Source of the DNA: Candidatus Zixiibacteriota bacterium
Lineage (GTDB): Bacteria > Zixibacteria > MSB-5A5 > GN15 > FEB-12
Length of the DNA stretch: 11,837 nt
Reading direction: 5' to 3'
Assembly (NCBI GenBank): GCA_041742355.1
Contig: JBGSIV010000222.1
Coordinates: 1-11,837 of the forward strand
The first letter of the stretch is position 1. Every line of letters starts with the position of its first letter. Below the pieces are notes generated by a model, which saw nothing but the letters and a program-made list of their open reading frames with translations, made no database searches and was not told where the DNA came from. Position numbers and translations under genes: made by a program. Of this stretch, positions 8,245-11,837 are shown in pieces.

Positions 8245-8708
8245 AGAAACCGCCAAAGTTTCCCGTTCGCAGTCACCGCCAATCTTATCCTCACCACGGC
8301 CCGCAGCTCTTTGCAAGCTGGAACTCGATCCCGCCCCACCTCGGCATGCCCTCACTGTCGGAACATGAACCGTTCTGCTCAGGGAGGAGGTGCCAGAACA
8401 GTGAGTCGCCCCGGCTGACCGTAACCGCCGCGCCGACGCCGGGACGACGGAAGAGAAGAGACGGAGAACGAATCCGGACCAGAAGCCAACAAGCGCGAAG
8501 GCTCGAAACGGCCTCCCGCATGATTCCGCCGCGGCGCTGTCGTCATCACGGATGATGTCTGCCCGACGATCGACCTCTGCACGCTATCATCTCTGGGTCG
8601 CGGGCTACCTCCGCAACGGAATACCGGCTAGACCGTTTCACGCGGAAACAGATCTCCGTAACACGAAGCACCCCGACAGTCGGGTAACCGGCTGTCGGGA
8701 TTTCTTTT
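8245..8708 (+). ncRNA. Candidate ~460-nt structured non-coding RNA of unknown family
   Basis: Bounded by a strong promoter and terminator, has no ORF with a convincing SD plus protein-like sequence, and contains many hairpins and five ANGGA motifs. No tmRNA, RNase P or SRP signature was recognised. Confidence 0.5.
8672..8708 (+). terminator. Rho-independent terminator
   Basis: CCCGACAGTCGG-GTAA-CCGGCTGTCGGG (12 bp, one G-U, GNRA loop) followed by ATTTCTTTT. Confidence 0.8.
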
Positions 8709-8890
8709 GCTCCCCTGAGTACGGGATTCCCCCCACACATCGAGCTTACCGGCGAGTTCAGGCTTGCCCTCTGATCTGCTCAAACGCCCCTCTGTCACAA
8801 TTGTAACCCCATATCTCCGTTGCTGCTAGATCGAGTCCTTGGCCCTGCGGGGGCCATCGGCATCCCGCTTGCACCTCCCCGGGGAGAACA

Positions 8891-9154
8891 GTGAACGAAC
8901 CTTTAGGGCAGCAGGTTGGTATGAGAGTCAAATTCGTGCTGACAATGGACAACCTTGTGGTGGACGACCGTTCTATCGACCAGCTCATCCTTGACTGGGA
9001 GGCCGATGTCGATCAGTCGGAGATTCTCCAGTTGTCCCACCAGTGGATTACCTCCCGGAACTTCCTCACGCAGCGCATGTTGGGATTGGTACAGGTCGGG
9101 GAGTCTTCCCTGACGATCGAGCCATTAGAAGAGGACGAGAATGCCCAGTGGTGA
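8891..9154 (+). CDS. Small acidic hypothetical protein
   Basis: Protein-like composition and codon usage. Start is either GTG 8891 (SD GGGGAG) or ATG 8921. Overlaps the next gene by 14 nt. Confidence 0.7.
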   Translation: MNEPLGQQVGMRVKFVLTMDNLVVDDRSIDQLILDWEADVDQSEILQLSHQWITSRNFLTQRMLGLVQVGESSLTIEPLEEDENAQW

Positions 9155-9476
9155 GTGGTTAACCCAGGCCCGTGCGGTCGCCGAGCAGGCGATCGAAACC
9201 GCGAAGTCGGTGCTCTCGGCCGCCGGTTCGCTTCAGCAGTGGATTCTGGAGCAGTTCGGGCAGAACGGCCTGTACGCCGCCTACTTTGTCGGCCTGGTCC
9301 TGGGCGTGTTCCTCGCCATTCAGATCGTTCGCATCACTTTCGCTACGCTCAAGTACCTCGTGCTCCCGGGCGTGGGACTGGCTCTGATCGGGTCATTCTT
9401 CCTGCCGTACTCGTTCTTCTTTCTTCTCCCGATTACCGTGAGCGCATGTTCGCTCATTCTGCTCTTCAAGGGATAG
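9141..9476 (+). CDS. Small membrane protein (about 3 TM helices)
   Basis: GAGGA SD (9131-9135). Amphipathic N-terminal helix followed by three long hydrophobic segments. Confidence 0.75.
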   Translation: MPSGEWLTQARAVAEQAIETAKSVLSAAGSLQQWILEQFGQNGLYAAYFVGLVLGVFLAIQIVRITFATLKYLVLPGVGLALIGSFFLPYSFFFLLPITVSACSLILLFKG

Positions 9477-9548
9477 CGCCATACCTGTGGGGTTGCTGCC
9501 CCACGAGCCGCGGCCGCCGTCACGGCCGCGCGACTCCACCTCAATCGT

Positions 9549-9576
9549 AACCGCCTGCACCGCAGGCGGTTTTCTT
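9549..9576 (+). terminator. Rho-independent terminator
   Basis: AACCGCCTGC-ACC-GCAGGCGGTT (10-bp perfect stem) followed by TTCTT. Confidence 0.7.
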
Positions 9577-9665
9577 ATGACCGTCGGTTCGGGCAGCCTC
9601 TTTGCATTTCTCCATAATGAAACATAACAGGCACTACCGCCACCTTCGCAGAAGGCGCTACCGAT

Positions 9666-10130
9666 ATGGAACAAGAGGCACTGCCACAGACCTGTATCAG
9701 CTGCAAACGAGCCCTCACGCGGCACCGCGGCGTCCTGATCTGCCTGCACTGCAATCCCGAGGCGATCGATACCAGCGACATCTTCGTCGACACGATCGAA
9801 ACCGATGACCACACGTTCATCGAGTGCCCTGGCGTCACTATTTACGACGCCGAGACTGGGGAGATCGCCGAGGGCGTGCGGTGGCGGGATGAGAATGACG
9901 CCACCAAAGGTTACGACGTCATCGGCAAGCAGATTTACGCTCCCAATCACAAGCACCGCCGCCGGATCAAGAAAGACGCGGTGGGGAAGATTCGCCGGTG
10001 CCAGGCGTGCCAGGATTACACGATCCGCATGCGCCGTCCCGAAGGGCGCGACTTCTATATCCCTTCGGTCCACCACCGCGACCGGACGAAGCTCCGCCCG
10101 ATGGAGCATGTGACCTACGAGCCGAAGTAG
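9666..10130 (+). CDS. Hypothetical cytoplasmic protein with three CxxC motifs (probable zinc-binding)
   Basis: 154 aa with host-like codon usage. CISC, CLHC and CQAC motifs, one extra Cys, and basic His/Arg patches. Confidence 0.75.
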   Translation: MEQEALPQTCISCKRALTRHRGVLICLHCNPEAIDTSDIFVDTIETDDHTFIECPGVTIYDAETGEIAEGVRWRDENDATKGYDVIGKQIYAPNHKHRRRIKKDAVGKIRRCQACQDYTIRMRRPEGRDFYIPSVHHRDRTKLRPMEHVTYEPK

Positions 10131-10154
10131 GCGCTTGAAAATTCTCGTTGCGGC

Positions 10155-10180
10155 GCAACCCGGACCGGCCCGTCTCCGTA
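10155..10180 (+). promoter_or_regulatory. Possible ECF sigma promoter
   Basis: GCAAC-N17-CGTA about 50 nt upstream of the DUF2807 gene; resembles the AAC...CGT ECF consensus. Confidence 0.35.
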
Positions 10181-10229
10181 GAGTCAGGTAGACAAGAGAC
10201 AAACTGACTTAATCGGAGGGTCCGATACG

Positions 10230-10904
10230 ATGAAATCCGCGTACGTTTCGTTTTTGGGCGTCGCTTTGCTCTTCACCGCAGCGCTGCCGGTTTCCGCCGG
10301 ATTGTTCGGCCAGAAGACAGTCAAGGGATCCGGAGAGGTAGCTACCCAGGCGCGCGAGGTCGGCACGTTCGACCGTATCCGCAGCTCGGGATCATTCGAT
10401 GTCAACGTGACCATCGGCCCGCAGCAGAAGGTCACCGTCAGTTTCGACGACAACCTCATCGATCTCGTCATGACCGAGGTCAAGGGGCGCACGTTGCAGA
10501 TCTACTCGGACGGCTCCTTCAGTTCGCATAAATCCTGCCGGATCGAAATCACCGTGCCCTCACTCGAGGCGGTGGTTGTCTCCGGTTCGGGCGATATCTA
10601 TGTCCGAGGGCTCAAGGGGGCCGAATTCTCATATGAAATCTCAGGTTCCGGCGATGCCACATTGATCGGCGAAGTCGACGAGGTGGATATCGAGGTTTCC
10701 GGTTCCGGTGAGGTTGACGCCCGTGAGCTGAAGGCCAAGCGCGCCTACGTTGAGATCGCCGGCTCCGGCGATGTCCAGGTATGGGCGAGCGACCTGCTCG
10801 ACGGGAGTATAGCCGGGAGCGGTGACATTGCGTACTATGGCGATCCTGCGGAAGTGAACCGGGATGTCGCCGGCAGCGGCAATATCCGCAAGAAACAGGA
10901 ATGA
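10230..10904 (+). CDS. Exported DUF2807 / head GIN domain (beta-helix, 'Toastrack') protein
   Basis: GGAGG SD, signal peptide, VKGSG..TQ.R.V..FD.I, DDNL, and repeated (S/A)GSGD-type turns ending YYGDP..V...AGSGNI. Confidence 0.88.
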   Translation: MKSAYVSFLGVALLFTAALPVSAGLFGQKTVKGSGEVATQAREVGTFDRIRSSGSFDVNVTIGPQQKVTVSFDDNLIDLVMTEVKGRTLQIYSDGSFSSHKSCRIEITVPSLEAVVVSGSGDIYVRGLKGAEFSYEISGSGDATLIGEVDEVDIEVSGSGEVDARELKAKRAYVEIAGSGDVQVWASDLLDGSIAGSGDIAYYGDPAEVNRDVAGSGNIRKKQE

Positions 10905-11009
10905 GTCCCGACGTCTTTGCAAGCGTTCAGGGAGCCGTCAGACATCCCCATCGAGCGGATCCAACTCCCCTTCGGTTGGGACGCACCCCACGACAAACCG
11001 CCAACTGAC

Positions 11010-11044
11010 CGGCGGGAGGGCCACAACCCTCCCGCTGTTTCTTT
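11010..11044 (+). terminator. Rho-independent terminator
   Basis: GCGGGAGGG-CCACAA-CCCTCCCGC (9 bp perfect, extendable to 11) followed by TTTCTTT. Confidence 0.75.
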
Positions 11045-11227
11045 GGGCAATTCCGCGGGCCGAGTGTTCGGGCCATCATACCGAAAGCAGGGCGATCGGG
11101 CACTCTCTTCGGGCATTTTTATAGGTGAACAAATGTGCCGGTCGCAGGGCGATTAGCGATCATCAAACAGCGGGTGATGGACCGCCATAACTTTTTTGTT
11201 TCCAACAGGTTAAATAGAGATTTTCGC

Positions 11228-11256
11228 TTGCGTTGAGGTTTGAACTTTCGTATCCT
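11228..11256 (+). promoter_or_regulatory. Putative sigma70 promoter of dciA-gyrB
   Basis: TTGCGT-N17-TATCCT with an AT-rich upstream tract. Confidence 0.55.
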
Positions 11257-11275
11257 TAAAGATTATAAAGGACAT

Positions 11276-11837
<562 letters not shown>

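Noticed and set aside
8285..8293. DnaA-box-like TTATCCTCA, raising the possibility of oriC near gyrB
   Set aside because: Single 8/9 match; no box cluster or DUE in any intergenic region of the window.
7564..8355. 263-aa minus-strand ORF (also 9393-10202, 6772-7401 and 5594-6109)
   Set aside because: Antisense to well-supported genes and crossing promoter or terminator elements; no domains.
8383..8418. GGAGGAGG followed by GTG-AGT-CGC-CCC-GGC-TGA (5-codon mini-ORF)
   Set aside because: Spacing is long (10 nt) and the peptide is uninformative. A leader-peptide role is unsupported.
8346..8555. 69-aa ORF (and 8170-8418, 8552-8806) within the candidate RNA region
   Set aside because: No SD and low-complexity Arg/Pro/Ser content; the other two ORFs cross the promoter or terminator. 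Cannot be fully excluded without ribosome profiling.
10581..10885. Recurrent TCCGGTTCCGG / GGCAGCGGC-like nucleotide repeats
   Set aside because: Explained by the GSG coding repeats of the DUF2807 beta-helix.

Overview
GC-rich bacterial chromosomal window. The C-terminal 'CC..RGDVD...DLTYLV.YLF.GG..P.C' dockerin-like domain suggests a Zixibacteria/FCB-type lineage (inference). The left minus-strand block holds lepB, then hemW, then a secreted M28-fold protein whose metal and catalytic residues are replaced. A divergent, lower-GC four-gene cassette encodes exported proteins: an NTF2-like protein, a MepA/M74 murein endopeptidase, a PD40 beta-propeller and an NHL-FlgD-dockerin protein. Next is a ~460-nt stretch with no convincing ORF, bounded by a near-consensus sigma70 promoter and a strong intrinsic terminator. 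This is a candidate undescribed structured ncRNA carrying ANGGA motifs. It is followed by two small hypothetical genes, a multi-CxxC protein, a DUF2807/GIN protein, dciA (DUF721) and the 5' end of gyrB. No rRNA, tRNA, CRISPR array or transposase was seen.
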